A DNA stretch of 64,000 bases from Candidatus Bathyarchaeia archaeon (GTDB lineage Archaea; Thermoproteota; Bathyarchaeia; Bathyarchaeales; Bathycorpusculaceae), in NCBI GenBank assembly GCA_038883655.1, contig JAVZLQ010000001.1:160001-224000 (forward strand), read 5' to 3'. The notes below the pieces were generated by a model. The model was not told the DNA's origin. It did not search any database and saw only the letters and a list, made by a program, of their open reading frames with translations. Within the stretch, counting starts at the first letter, position 1, and every line of letters starts with the position of its first letter. This document shows positions 20,593 to 30,878 of the stretch, piece after piece. Position numbers and translations under genes: made by a program.

Positions 20593-22278
20593 TTAAGCAG
20601 TTTTTCCCTCTGTTTTTGCTGCTCTCAGTCTCTTGAAGGCTTTAGCTCCCTCGTAGCACATGAAAAGCCCAAGTATTAATAAGAAAACGTTAACTAACGC
20701 TGCAATTAAGCTACCAAATTTTGTTGGGTCTATGATATACCCGCTTATGCCAGTATATGTAAGGTATGCCAGTGCTGATAATGTGGTTGCCAACATGAAA
20801 AGCATCGGTATCAACGTATAGATTGTGGGACGTTTTTCTTTTGTAAGCCACAGCGATATTATCATTAAAGCTAGTCCAGCCATGAGCTGATTAGCACCGC
20901 CGAATGTTCCCCAGATGTACTGGAAAGCTGCACCTACATGCGGACTTGTTATTATGTAAACAATTATGCAAACTAAAATGGCGCTAAGATATTTGTTTTT
21001 CAAAGCACCTCCGGCCCTTAGTCCACTTAAATCGGATAGCACCAACCGAGTAATCCTCAGACCTATATGCATAATTGTTATTGCTAGCACGATCAGCATG
21101 ACCGATGCTAGTCCCTGACCCGCTGCTGTTGGTATCCCTAAGAATCCTAAAATTGTGGTTGCGCCAGTAACAAAAGAACCTGCGGGGTCGCCTACGTTAT
21201 TTGTGGTTGCAGGGTTTAAAATCGCAACGGTTGTCAGAGCTACTAACGCCAGTATTCCTTCAGCTAACATAGCGCCGCCGCCTATGAAATGGGCATCCGG
21301 TTCGGTGTCAAGCTGTTTAGATGTAACCGAAGAACCTATTAGACTGTGCCACCCCGAGATTGCTCCACAAGCAACCGTTATAAACATCATCGGCCATAGC
21401 GGGCCGCTCTTTGTTATACCTGGGTCATAGAACGCCGTTGCTAGTGAATATTGGTAGTTGGGTGCACCGATAAAGGCGCCTATTATGATTCCTATTACTC
21501 CAGCGTACACTAGGTAGAACGAGAGATAGTTGATGGGTTGTATAAAAACCCATATTGGTAATACAGCGCCAAGAAAACAGAAGAACAGCGTTATAAACAT
21601 CCAGAAGTCGAGCGCATTTGGAAATGGACCTGATGAAGGGAGAGGCGCGGTGTATGGCAAAGCTATTCCAGCCCAGATTCCTAGAAATATGATGATCACA
21701 GCGATTACGGTTGTATAAACAATGTTAACTTTAAATTTGTATGTTAGGAAACCGGCTATTACACCAATTACTGTTACAATTAACACGGGTATCGGGCTTA
21801 CGGGAAACCTTAGGAATAGGCGTGCTACCTGGTTGGTGAATGATGACAGTATTAAGATGACATACCATAAGATGTACCATAACAAAATTGTTCGAGCCCT
21901 CGGAGAGATCAACTCGTAAGTTATCGGTCCGAAAGATGATCCCTCAGATCTGGCTGAAACCATTAGGCTTCCATAATCATGAATCCAGCCGATGAATATT
22001 GTCCCGAAGATAATCCACAAAAGTGCTGGAAGCCATCCCCATTGAAGTGCTATAATTGGCCCGAGAACTGGTCCTAGGGCTGCTATACTTTTCCACTGGA
22101 ACCCGAATAGGACGTATTTGTTTGTTGGGAAGAATTCAACGCCATCCATGTATGTGTGCGCTGGCGTTTCCCTTTTAGGGTCTGACATTATAACGTTTCT
22201 GTCGAACCACTTTATGTAGCCCCAGTAGGCGATTGCATAAAGAATTATTCCCACCAGAATAACGATTATTGAAAGCAA
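20593..22278 (-). CDS. cstA: Carbon starvation protein A (CstA)-family transporter
   Basis: TPAHTYMDGVEFFPT, GPVLGP, WGWLPALLW, ITVACGAISGWHSL and FGGANQL motifs; many TM. Confidence 0.93.
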   Translation of the reverse strand: MLSIIVILVGIILYAIAYWGYIKWFDRNVIMSDPKRETPAHTYMDGVEFFPTNKYVLFGFQWKSIAALGPVLGPIIALQWGWLPALLWIIFGTIFIGWIHDYGSLMVSARSEGSSFGPITYELISPRARTILLWYILWYVILILSSFTNQVARLFLRFPVSPIPVLIVTVIGVIAGFLTYKFKVNIVYTTVIAVIIIFLGIWAGIALPYTAPLPSSGPFPNALDFWMFITLFFCFLGAVLPIWVFIQPINYLSFYLVYAGVIGIIIGAFIGAPNYQYSLATAFYDPGITKSGPLWPMMFITVACGAISGWHSLIGSSVTSKQLDTEPDAHFIGGGAMLAEGILALVALTTVAILNPATTNNVGDPAGSFVTGATTILGFLGIPTAAGQGLASVMLIVLAITIMHIGLRITRLVLSDLSGLRAGGALKNKYLSAILVCIIVYIITSPHVGAAFQYIWGTFGGANQLMAGLALMIISLWLTKEKRPTIYTLIPMLFMLATTLSALAYLTYTGISGYIIDPTKFGSLIAALVNVFLLILGLFMCYEGAKAFKRLRAAKTEGKTA

Positions 22279-22368
22279 TGTTATCCCTCAGAAAATTGTA
22301 TGTAATGGCTATCTTAATATAAGACTTGCGATAAAACTACATTTTAAAATCTAAAGTTCAATCGGTCC

Positions 22369-23046
22369 GTGGGATCGGATGTGTACGAGTTTACAGCAAT
22401 ATTTCTCGTAGCATTAATCTTCATAATAGTATACTTCATTGGGATGCGCCAGAACAGGAAAATTGCGGTGAGATACGCGAAAGCCGTTAAGGCGTATATG
22501 TCTTCTCGCAGCGATTTTGTAGGTTTTCGTCCCTATAGCCGGGGTGGATTCCGAGCACTTTGTAAAATGAAGGAGGATTCACCATTCTCGCAAGTTGAAA
22601 TGGCAATAAGCCTCGTTGACCGCGAAAACCTGATGCACTATCCACTTTCTCTGCTGACAAAGGACAGCGACCGGTTTGCATGTTGGGGTTTTCTAAAAAC
22701 TCCATTATCACTTAATATGGAGATTTTGCCAGTAAAAGAGGAGAAAATCTGCCGAAAAATAGCATCTGAAAAAGGCCTTGAAACAGTAAACTTAAAGGGT
22801 GAATTTAATGAGTCTTTCGCAGTTCTAGCTTCAAATCACGAGTTTGCGCATAAATTTCTATCAGACCGACAATTACAAAGATGCATTCTGGAAATGAAAG
22901 CTTCTCTTAAACGCTTATCCCTAAATGAGAAAGAATCAAGAATATACCTTTTAGGCGACCTAAAAGAAGAGTCCTCAATAGAATCCTTTATAGACATTAT
23001 AATGTTTTGCGGAGAGCATTGCAGAAAAATAAGCTACATTAGTTGA
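22369..23046 (+). CDS. Single-TM membrane protein resembling CCDC47/DUF1682
   Basis: TM followed by YFIGMRQNRKIA, FVG and LVDRENL..DSD blocks; by-eye similarity only. Confidence 0.65.
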   Translation: MGSDVYEFTAIFLVALIFIIVYFIGMRQNRKIAVRYAKAVKAYMSSRSDFVGFRPYSRGGFRALCKMKEDSPFSQVEMAISLVDRENLMHYPLSLLTKDSDRFACWGFLKTPLSLNMEILPVKEEKICRKIASEKGLETVNLKGEFNESFAVLASNHEFAHKFLSDRQLQRCILEMKASLKRLSLNEKESRIYLLGDLKEESSIESFIDIIMFCGEHCRKISYIS

Positions 23047-23555
23047 ATGAACTTTTTTTGCATTTCTATTATTGCTTTGCTATCTTTGGCTTTTGCGTAG
23101 CTTTCAAGTCTTTCCTTGTTTATTTCGATGAATGTGTATCCCCACTTGAAAATTGACAAAAGTCTATACGCTTCTTCTTTGAAGCTCGCAATGTAAAGTG
23201 CAGCCGCTAGAGCTTCAACTGTGCTAAGCTTTGTTGGGCTTCCGAAGTTTACTGGGTTTCCAGCAACTAGATATGGCAAGCAGCGTGATGTCCCCCTAAC
23301 ACTCTTTATTAGGGGTTTCTCTGCATGTTCCCAGCTAAAGTCTAACGCGGCTAATCCAAACTTTTCTATGCGCTTCTTGTCGGCTGGAGAAAAGGCGATT
23401 TCTGAAAAAGGATTCAAGACCACAGCACTTTTTGGCAGAAACCTAATTTTATGCACTATTTCAACTAACCCGTGACGTTTAAGCTTCAGCGCGGTGCATT
23501 TTTTGGGGTCGCACTGTCTGGCGTGATAAACAACTATCCTAACTTGTTTTTGCAA
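23034..23555 (-). CDS. tsr3: 16S rRNA aminocarboxypropyltransferase
   Basis: QCDPKKCTALKL, LPYLVAGNPVNFG, KLSTVEALAAAL and FKWG motifs. Confidence 0.95.
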   Translation of the reverse strand: MQKQVRIVVYHARQCDPKKCTALKLKRHGLVEIVHKIRFLPKSAVVLNPFSEIAFSPADKKRIEKFGLAALDFSWEHAEKPLIKSVRGTSRCLPYLVAGNPVNFGSPTKLSTVEALAAALYIASFKEEAYRLLSIFKWGYTFIEINKERLESYAKAKDSKAIIEMQKKFIQLM

Positions 23556-25074
23556 TTGTTCTGTGCACCTTCAAATGGCACATCGGGTCATTCAAAATCA
23601 TCGGAATCTTCTCAATAAGGTCTGTTGCAACCATGTGAAAACCCTTTTCCTCAAAAACAAAGTCTCCAGCAGCGCCATTAACAAATGCTCCAGCCACAGC
23701 AGCCTCAAATGGGTCCACACCATGAGCCAAGAAAGCGCCAACAATTCCAGAAAGCACATCGCCAGTTCCGCCGACAGTCATACCAGCATTACCAGTAAAG
23801 TTAAGTTTGAAGCGCTTTTCATTAGAAATTATATCGATTGGACCTTTTAGCAGTATTACCGCGCCCAGTTCAACTGCTGTTTTTTGCACTTCCGTCACTT
23901 TTTCGTTCAAGTTTTCCGGCAACTTTTTACCAGTTAATATGGCATATTCTCCAGCATGGGGCGTTAAAACCAAAGGCACATTAACTTTTCTCTTAAATTC
24001 TGCGAAAGCCTTCAATCCATCAGCATCCAAAAGCAGCGGCTTCTTCGCGGCTTCAACCGCATCCACCAAAGCCTTTACCGCTCCTCTTGTTTCTGGGTGC
24101 AAGCCCAAACCAGGACCCAAAACAACGGCGTTTACAGTCTCCAAGTAAGCCTTTAAGGCGGGTATGTTCCCAGCGTTTAGATGTCGTCCCTCAAGCTTTA
24201 TTGTTATGAGGTCTGGAGACATGGCTGAAATTGCATAAGCTGTTTTTTCTGGAGCCGCAATATAAGCCAAATCAACACCAGTTCGCAGTGCAGCTAAAGC
24301 CACAAGTGCTGGGGCACCCGAAAAAGTTTCGCTTCCGCCAACGACTAGTAAGCGTCCAAAATCTCCCTTATGTGATTCTGCTGGGCGCGGTTTTGTGGCA
24401 AGTAAAACGTCACCTGGACCAGCAAAATTTTCAAACTCTCTTGGTATTCCAATGTCCTTTACAATTAGTTCGCCAACATAGTCCTTCGCGTTTTCAAGTC
24501 CCGCTTTTGTCTTATGGAATGTTATCGTCAAATTTGCCTTCACGGCGTCGCCTAAAACTTCGCCAGTGTCAGCGTCCACCCCGGTTGGTATGTCTACGGC
24601 CACTCGAAAGGCGTTTGTGGCGTTGATTTTTTGGACGAGTTGCATGATTGGTGGTCTAAGCTTGCCCTTTGTTCCAGTTCCAAGCAGTGCGTCTATGATT
24701 ATGTCTGCGTTTACTTCTGGAATCTGTGCGCTATCGTAAACTTCGTGAATTGTAATGCTTTGCTTTAGAGGCTGTATTGCCAGCCAGTTTTTTAGGGCGG
24801 CGCTATCTGAAACTTCTTCAGCTTTGCCTGCGAGGATAACTGTTACTTTGAAACCCATTGCTGATAAGTGTCTTGTAGCCACAAAACCATCGCCTCCATT
24901 TCCGCCCAAACCGCAGAAAACGGCAATTTTCTTTTCTGTGTTGAATCTTGAGGCTATTTCTTGGGCTACATTTCTTCCAGCGTTTTCCATAAGTTGGAGC
25001 CTTGAAACGCCGAAGTATTCCGCGTTTGTCTCCAAAGCGCGCATTTCACGGCTTGTTATGTAATTTTTCTCCAT
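23539..25074 (-). CDS. nnr: Bifunctional NAD(P)HX epimerase/dehydratase
   Basis: LMENAG, GNGGDG and DIPTG (YjeF-N); SHKGDFG, TPHAGE and GGTGDVL (YjeF-C). Confidence 0.95.
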   Translation of the reverse strand: MEKNYITSREMRALETNAEYFGVSRLQLMENAGRNVAQEIASRFNTEKKIAVFCGLGGNGGDGFVATRHLSAMGFKVTVILAGKAEEVSDSAALKNWLAIQPLKQSITIHEVYDSAQIPEVNADIIIDALLGTGTKGKLRPPIMQLVQKINATNAFRVAVDIPTGVDADTGEVLGDAVKANLTITFHKTKAGLENAKDYVGELIVKDIGIPREFENFAGPGDVLLATKPRPAESHKGDFGRLLVVGGSETFSGAPALVALAALRTGVDLAYIAAPEKTAYAISAMSPDLITIKLEGRHLNAGNIPALKAYLETVNAVVLGPGLGLHPETRGAVKALVDAVEAAKKPLLLDADGLKAFAEFKRKVNVPLVLTPHAGEYAILTGKKLPENLNEKVTEVQKTAVELGAVILLKGPIDIISNEKRFKLNFTGNAGMTVGGTGDVLSGIVGAFLAHGVDPFEAAVAGAFVNGAAGDFVFEEKGFHMVATDLIEKIPMILNDPMCHLKVHRTIAKTS

Positions 25075-25204
25075 TTTCTTGAACCTAATAGCTAATGCCC
25101 TAGTAAAGAAGATAAGTCCTTCGCATTTTCTGCGGCTTTCCCTTCCGGATTTTCAGTAAAATATTTTAATGTATAGCACGAACATTAGCGTGAGGAGACT
25201 AAAT

Positions 25205-25444
25205 ATGCCTACAGCCTTTGTGTTGATAAATACCGAGATAGGTTCAGAGGCGGATGTGTTAAAAGACTTAAAGAAGGTTGAGGGTGTTGAAGAGGCATTT
25301 GCTGTCTACGGAGTTTACGATATAATCGCGCGTGTTAGGGCAGATAGCATGGATAAGCTTAAGGAAATTGTGACTTGGCGCATCAGGAGACTTGACAAGG
25401 TTAGGTCAACGCTAACAATGATTGTTGTAGAGGAATCTAAATAG
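25205..25444 (+). CDS. Stand-alone Lrp/AsnC ligand-binding (RAM) domain protein
   Basis: AFVLIN, VYGVYDIIA and STLTMIV motifs; no HTH. Confidence 0.88.
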   Translation: MPTAFVLINTEIGSEADVLKDLKKVEGVEEAFAVYGVYDIIARVRADSMDKLKEIVTWRIRRLDKVRSTLTMIVVEESK

Positions 25445-25512
25445 CGCAATTCTTCCTCCTTTTTATTCAAAACACATTTCCATCCTTTGCCTAACGAATG
25501 GGCTGTTTTAGC

Positions 25513-26853
25513 ATGGTATCCGCGGTAATGCACATAGGCTTAGACGACACGGACTCAACTAGAAAGGGATGCACAACATACATTGCCGCAGTTCTAGTGG
25601 AAGAACTGCAAAAAATAGGCGCTGATTTCATTGATTATCCAAACCTTGTACGGTTAAACCCAAATGTTCCGTGGAAAACCCGTGGAAACGGCGCCTTATG
25701 CTTGAGAATAAGATACAGCGAAAATGTTGAGGAGAGGATTAAAGAGACCGTTATAGGCGCCGTTGAAGAGCTCGCAGACATGCATTTTAGGGGCACAGAC
25801 CCTGGCATAGTATTTCTCAAGACCGCAAAGGTCCCAGCGATGGTTAAGGCTTTTGCGAAGAGCACCATAACTGGAATTGTAACCTTAAAAGAAGCTTTGA
25901 AGCTCATAAAGCGTTTTGGCGCTGAAGCTCTTGGATATAACAGTGGAAGAGGCATAATTGGCAGTTTAGCCGCTGTCGGCGAGACGCTTGAGGGAGACCA
26001 CACCTACGAGATTTTGGCTTACAGAGTGCCCGAAAATTACGGTTTAAAAAGGATGGTGGATGAGGAATCAATTTTTGAAATGGATAAGGCAACGGCACCC
26101 TACACTTTTAACAATGTTGATTTGGAAAAGCGTAGGATAATTATTACTCCCAGGGGTCCAGACCCGATACTTTTTGGGATTCGCGGAGAAACTCCAGAAA
26201 TTGTTAAGAAAGCCTTTAGAATGGTTAAGCCTCTTGAGCCTGTTGAGCGCTGGGTAATTTTCAGAACAAATCAAGGAACAGATGCGCATCTAAAGCGCGT
26301 TAAGAGTGTATGCGAAGTTAAGCCCTACAACCCAGTGATTGTCCGAGGACTTGTTTCTGTAAACCCAAGGATTGTTCCAAGGCGGCACGTGATTTTTCCA
26401 ATAAAAGATGAAACTGCACAGGTGGATTGTGCGGCTTACGAGCCAACTGGAACCTTGCGCAAAATTGCACGAAAATTGATTGTGGGAGACTTTGTTGAGG
26501 TTTATGGTGGTGTCCGCCCACCCTCACGTAATCACCCATTAACCATAAACCTTGAGAAGATCCGCATACTCAAACTTGCGCCAAAAACCGTATTTCATAA
26601 TCCGCTGTGTCCAAAGTGTGGTAAAAGGCTGAAGTCTGTGGGCGAAAATAAGGGTTTCAAATGCGAAGCTTGCGGTTCGCGTTATGTCAAACTTAAGAAA
26701 GTCGAAGTTAAAGTCAAACGCAATTTGAAGAAGGGCTTGTATATAACGTCTACAAGGTCGCAGAGGCATTTAACAAAACCAGCCGTTCGGTACGGCATGG
26801 AAAAGCCTAAGGGCGCATGTGTGAGGCTTATTGATGGTTGGCATTTTCCGTAG
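25513..26853 (+). CDS. tiaS: tRNA(Ile2) agmatinylcytidine synthase
   Basis: IGLDDTDS, RLNPNVPWKTRGNGA and TNQGTD motifs, OB fold, zinc ribbon, RHLTKP. Confidence 0.95.
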   Translation: MVSAVMHIGLDDTDSTRKGCTTYIAAVLVEELQKIGADFIDYPNLVRLNPNVPWKTRGNGALCLRIRYSENVEERIKETVIGAVEELADMHFRGTDPGIVFLKTAKVPAMVKAFAKSTITGIVTLKEALKLIKRFGAEALGYNSGRGIIGSLAAVGETLEGDHTYEILAYRVPENYGLKRMVDEESIFEMDKATAPYTFNNVDLEKRRIIITPRGPDPILFGIRGETPEIVKKAFRMVKPLEPVERWVIFRTNQGTDAHLKRVKSVCEVKPYNPVIVRGLVSVNPRIVPRRHVIFPIKDETAQVDCAAYEPTGTLRKIARKLIVGDFVEVYGGVRPPSRNHPLTINLEKIRILKLAPKTVFHNPLCPKCGKRLKSVGENKGFKCEACGSRYVKLKKVEVKVKRNLKKGLYITSTRSQRHLTKPAVRYGMEKPKGACVRLIDGWHFP

Positions 26854-26856
26854 TGG

Positions 26857-27132
26857 CTAGTCTTCGCGAACCTTGAAGATTTCGCAGAGCAATCGATAAA
26901 GTTCATCTCCTCCCTCAACTTTTGAGAATAGGTCTTTTTCTGCTTTCAATATTCTGCCAACTGCCTGGTACGTTTGTCTCCATTCAAGTTCCTTCCACAT
27001 CAAGCGATAGTTTTTAAGTTCAATCCATGCCCTGAAAATCAGAACAGCGAACATGCCAAGAGTTAACATCAAGTTTAACATGTACAGCATTTCTAATCCG
27101 TCCGTATTTTCACCTCCGTTGGCGATTCGCAT
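26857..27132 (-). CDS. Small single-TM hypothetical protein
   Basis: One hydrophobic segment; fills the gap between tiaS and the FUN14 gene; start uncertain. Confidence 0.6.
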   Translation of the reverse strand: MRIANGGENTDGLEMLYMLNLMLTLGMFAVLIFRAWIELKNYRLMWKELEWRQTYQAVGRILKAEKDLFSKVEGGDELYRLLCEIFKVRED

Positions 27133-27179
27133 TTCTATTTTGCAAAATGGTTAAATCAAACTTGCGATGACATAGCAAC

Positions 27180-27497
27180 GTGGTTCAGATGAGCGAGTTG
27201 ATTTCGCCCCTTATTTATCAACTTGGCATAGGCGGGGTAGGTGGCTTCATAGTCGGGTTCGCCTTAAAAAAATTAAGCAAACTAATAATAATGCTGATAG
27301 GACTTTTTATAATCGCCCTAATCTACCTCAGCACACAAGGAATAATCAATATAAATTATGATGCGCTTTGGAGAGCTGTGTCCAACTTCTTTGGGCTGGC
27401 TGGTGAGGCTTTCTCTTGGCTTGTGCATGTTTTATCGCTTATGCCTTTTGTTGGAAGCTTCATTGTTGGTTTCTTGCTTGGTTTTAAGCTTGGCTAA
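27180..27497 (+). CDS. FUN14-family membrane protein
   Basis: QLGIGGVGGFIVGFALKK, GIININY and GFLLGFKLG motifs. Confidence 0.88.
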   Translation: MVQMSELISPLIYQLGIGGVGGFIVGFALKKLSKLIIMLIGLFIIALIYLSTQGIININYDALWRAVSNFFGLAGEAFSWLVHVLSLMPFVGSFIVGFLLGFKLG

Positions 27498-27563
27498 TAT
27501 AAAGCGAAATAGTTTAAATGCTTGTGCATCCTTAATCCTTTGAAAATATGCTAATCGCTTTGT

Positions 27564-30380
27564 TTGGAGTGTTTAGCTTTGAAGTTCACTGCGGAAGAAT
27601 ACAGCGTTCCATTCTTTAAGGAGCTTGGTTATATTAGAAAATTGTGTCCAAAATGCGGCAAGTACTTTTGGACGCAGAATCCAAGCCAAGAAACATGCGG
27701 CGAGGCAAGTTCTGAGGAATGTGCCTTCTACACCTTCATAAATAACTCGCCAACAAAGAAAAGCTACACTTTGCGTGAAATGCGTGAAGCCTTCCTATCT
27801 TTCTTCGAAAAACGCGGGCACACAAGGATAAAACCGTACCCAGTTGTTGCACGTTGGAGAGACGACATATACCTTACACATGCAAGCATAATAGACTTTC
27901 AACCATACGTGACCAATGGGATTGCGCCACCACCAGCAAACCCTCTTGTGATTTCACAGCCTTGCATAAGGCTTGTCGACATAACAAATACTGGACCGAC
28001 ATTTGGTAGGCACCTAACAATTTTCGAGATGGGCGGGGCGCATGCTTTCAACTATCCAGACAAGGAGGTTTATTGGAAAGACCAGACTGTACGTTACCAT
28101 CATGAGTGGGCTACAAGCGAGTTGGGCGTAAAATCCGAGGAAATAGTTTACAAAGAAGAGGTTTGGTCTGGAGGTGGAAACGCTGGTCCATGCTTAGAGG
28201 CGGTGATTAGAGGGTTAGAGGTTGCCACACTAGTTTTCATGCAATACAAAGTCGTAAACGGCGAATTCATCAAACTTCCAATAAGAACAGTTGACCCAGG
28301 ATACGGCATAGACCGTTACACATGGCTTTCTCAAGGCGCACCAAGCGGTTTTCACGCTGTCTATGGCGATTTGCTCGACAAAATATTCAGTTTTGCTGGA
28401 ATAGCAGATGTTAACGAGAATTTGTTGTGTGCAGTTGCCAAGTTTTCTGGTTTGGTCAGTTTGGATAAGACTGCTAGTAGGTTGGAGTTTAGAAGGCGCG
28501 AAGCGGACCTTATTGGAGTGGACGTTGACGAACTGGACAAGTTTCTAGTTCCAATTGAAAATGCTTTTGCAGTTGCAGACCACACGAAATGCCTATGCTT
28601 CATGCTTGCTGAGGGCGTTGTTCCATCCAACATTCAAGAGGGTTATTTGGCGCGGCTAGTTTTCCGAAGAATCTACAGGCTTTTGAGGATGTTGGGCATA
28701 CCAGAGAAACTGTACGATATTGTTGACATGCAAATTAACTATTGGTCTAGGGACTTTCCGCATTTGAAGGAGATGCGCAACGAAATCATGGAGATAATAT
28801 CTGTAGAAGAGGAGAAGTATGGAGAAACGATAAAGCGCGGCGAGGGCATGGTTAAAAGAATATCAAGCGAATTAAAGGCTAAAAACCAGAATGAAATTCC
28901 AATTGAAACCCTAATAGAGCTTTATGATTCACATGGGCTTCCGCCAGAAATAGTCCAGTTGACCGCCGAGAACGAAGGCTTAAAGGTGAACATTCCAGAA
29001 AACTTTTACACCTTAATCGCACAAAAGCACCTACAAGCATCTAAAGCCGTTGAAGAGAAAAAACCACAAGAATGGCTTGAAGCAGAAGTTGCCCAACTCC
29101 CAGAAACAGAACCGCTTTACTATGTTGACCAGTACATGCGTGAATTTGAGGCGAAGGTTCTCAAAGTAATAGACGGCGAATACGTTGTTCTTGACAGAAC
29201 ATGCTTTTATCCAGAAGGGGGCGGTCAACCCGCGGACGGCGGCTACCTAGAATCCAATGGAGAAAAAGCCGAAGTTGTCGACGTCCAAAAAGTTGGCAAG
29301 GTAATTGTTCACAAAATAGCTGGCGCAACTATTCCAAAGGAAGGCACAGTTATCAAAGGCGTTATCAACTGGGAAAAACGCTATGCGCTGATGAAGGCAC
29401 ACACGGCAACGCACCTAATCAACGGCGCTGCGAGGCGCGTTCTGGGACAACACGTCTGGCAGTTTGGAACACAAAAAGGTATAGAAAGCTCTAGACTCGA
29501 CATTTCACATTATCGCAGACTAACACTTGAAGAAGTGCACAAAATAGAGGCTTTAGCAAACCAAGCAATTCTACAAAACATGCGGGTAGAAACAAAGTGG
29601 ATGCCGCGCAACGAAGCCGAAAGCCAATACGGCTTTAGGCTTTACCAAGGTGGAGCGGTTCCAGGTAAAGAGATTCGTGTTGTGGCAACTGGTGACTGGG
29701 ACGTTGAAGCATGTGCTGGAACTCATCTAAAAAGCACGGGCGAAATTGGCTTCATAAAAATAATCCACTCCGAAAGGGTTCAAGACGGCGTTGAAAGGCT
29801 TGTTTATGCTGTTGGCGCCCAAGCCCTAAAGGTAGTTCAGGAAAAGGAGAAGCTGTTGTGGAAGGTGGCTGAAATCCTTAATGCGCCGTTGGAGAAGTTG
29901 GATAAGACTGCTGAAAGGCTTGTAAGAGAGCTTAAAGAGGCAAACGCAGAGAGAAGAAGGCTGATCAAGGAGTTAGCGAAAAAGGAGAGCGCTGTATTAA
30001 GCGAAAAGCCAGAGGAAAAGGCTGAAACCATAGGCGGCGTGAAGGTAATTCTGCGCGATTTCAGTGAGTCCACAGACGTTGATCGTATGGTTCAAACTGC
30101 AAGCGAAATAATTAGAAAAGACGCAAGCGTAACCGCAATCTTTTACGGGGCAGACGGAAAAAGCGCAAGAATCATGGTTATGGTTGGGAAAGAGGCGCTT
30201 GAAAAGGGCATAAACGCCCACGAAATAGTGCGGGAAGCATCGGCAATTATAGGCGGAGGGGGAGGGGGCAAACCGAACTTCGCTCAAGGCGGAGGAATAA
30301 AAATCGACAAGCTTCAAGAAGCTATTGAAAAAGCAAAGGAAATTTTGAAGAAGCAACTAAAACATCACAAAGCGAATTAA
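27564..30380 (+). CDS. alaS: Alanine--tRNA ligase
   Basis: PYPVVARWRDD, QPCIR, editing HTATH/ACAGTH and GGGGG..FAQGGG motifs. Confidence 0.97.
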   Translation: MECLALKFTAEEYSVPFFKELGYIRKLCPKCGKYFWTQNPSQETCGEASSEECAFYTFINNSPTKKSYTLREMREAFLSFFEKRGHTRIKPYPVVARWRDDIYLTHASIIDFQPYVTNGIAPPPANPLVISQPCIRLVDITNTGPTFGRHLTIFEMGGAHAFNYPDKEVYWKDQTVRYHHEWATSELGVKSEEIVYKEEVWSGGGNAGPCLEAVIRGLEVATLVFMQYKVVNGEFIKLPIRTVDPGYGIDRYTWLSQGAPSGFHAVYGDLLDKIFSFAGIADVNENLLCAVAKFSGLVSLDKTASRLEFRRREADLIGVDVDELDKFLVPIENAFAVADHTKCLCFMLAEGVVPSNIQEGYLARLVFRRIYRLLRMLGIPEKLYDIVDMQINYWSRDFPHLKEMRNEIMEIISVEEEKYGETIKRGEGMVKRISSELKAKNQNEIPIETLIELYDSHGLPPEIVQLTAENEGLKVNIPENFYTLIAQKHLQASKAVEEKKPQEWLEAEVAQLPETEPLYYVDQYMREFEAKVLKVIDGEYVVLDRTCFYPEGGGQPADGGYLESNGEKAEVVDVQKVGKVIVHKIAGATIPKEGTVIKGVINWEKRYALMKAHTATHLINGAARRVLGQHVWQFGTQKGIESSRLDISHYRRLTLEEVHKIEALANQAILQNMRVETKWMPRNEAESQYGFRLYQGGAVPGKEIRVVATGDWDVEACAGTHLKSTGEIGFIKIIHSERVQDGVERLVYAVGAQALKVVQEKEKLLWKVAEILNAPLEKLDKTAERLVRELKEANAERRRLIKELAKKESAVLSEKPEEKAETIGGVKVILRDFSESTDVDRMVQTASEIIRKDASVTAIFYGADGKSARIMVMVGKEALEKGINAHEIVREASAIIGGGGGGKPNFAQGGGIKIDKLQEAIEKAKEILKKQLKHHKAN

Positions 30381-30456
30381 ACCAGCTTTTTCGTGGCAAG
30401 TTTAAAATACTTTCATACACATAAACCAAAGGCAAAATGTATCGGAGAAAAGGTAT

Positions 30457-30810
30457 ATGCCAATCAATTTAGATGCTCTTGCAATCAACATAATAATAAA
30501 CATAATCGTCATTTCGCCAGTCCTGTGGCTTGCTGGAATAGCCCTCGTTGGAAGACGAAAGGCAAAATTCACAGATGCCATATGGATAACGGTTCTCGGA
30601 ACAATTGTTGCCACGTTTTTCGGCGCCTTCTTTGTGGGCATAATTGCATCAATAATCCAGCTCATATTGTGGCTTGCGCTCGTAAAGCACTTCTTTGACT
30701 GCGGTTGGCTTATGGCGCTAGCAATAAGCATTTTGGCAGTAGCAATATTTGTGGTTATAGTGACTTTGCTGAAACTTATAGGAATAGTTGTTTGGTCGAT
30801 TTGGTTCTAA
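30457..30810 (+). CDS. Small multi-TM membrane protein
   Basis: About 4 hydrophobic segments. Confidence 0.7.
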   Translation: MPINLDALAINIIINIIVISPVLWLAGIALVGRRKAKFTDAIWITVLGTIVATFFGAFFVGIIASIIQLILWLALVKHFFDCGWLMALAISILAVAIFVVIVTLLKLIGIVVWSIWF

Positions 30811-30878
30811 TAGCTGCACGAAATTTTTATAACCACTGCACAAAAATAATCAAGAACCACGGTTGCGAGGAGATGCAA

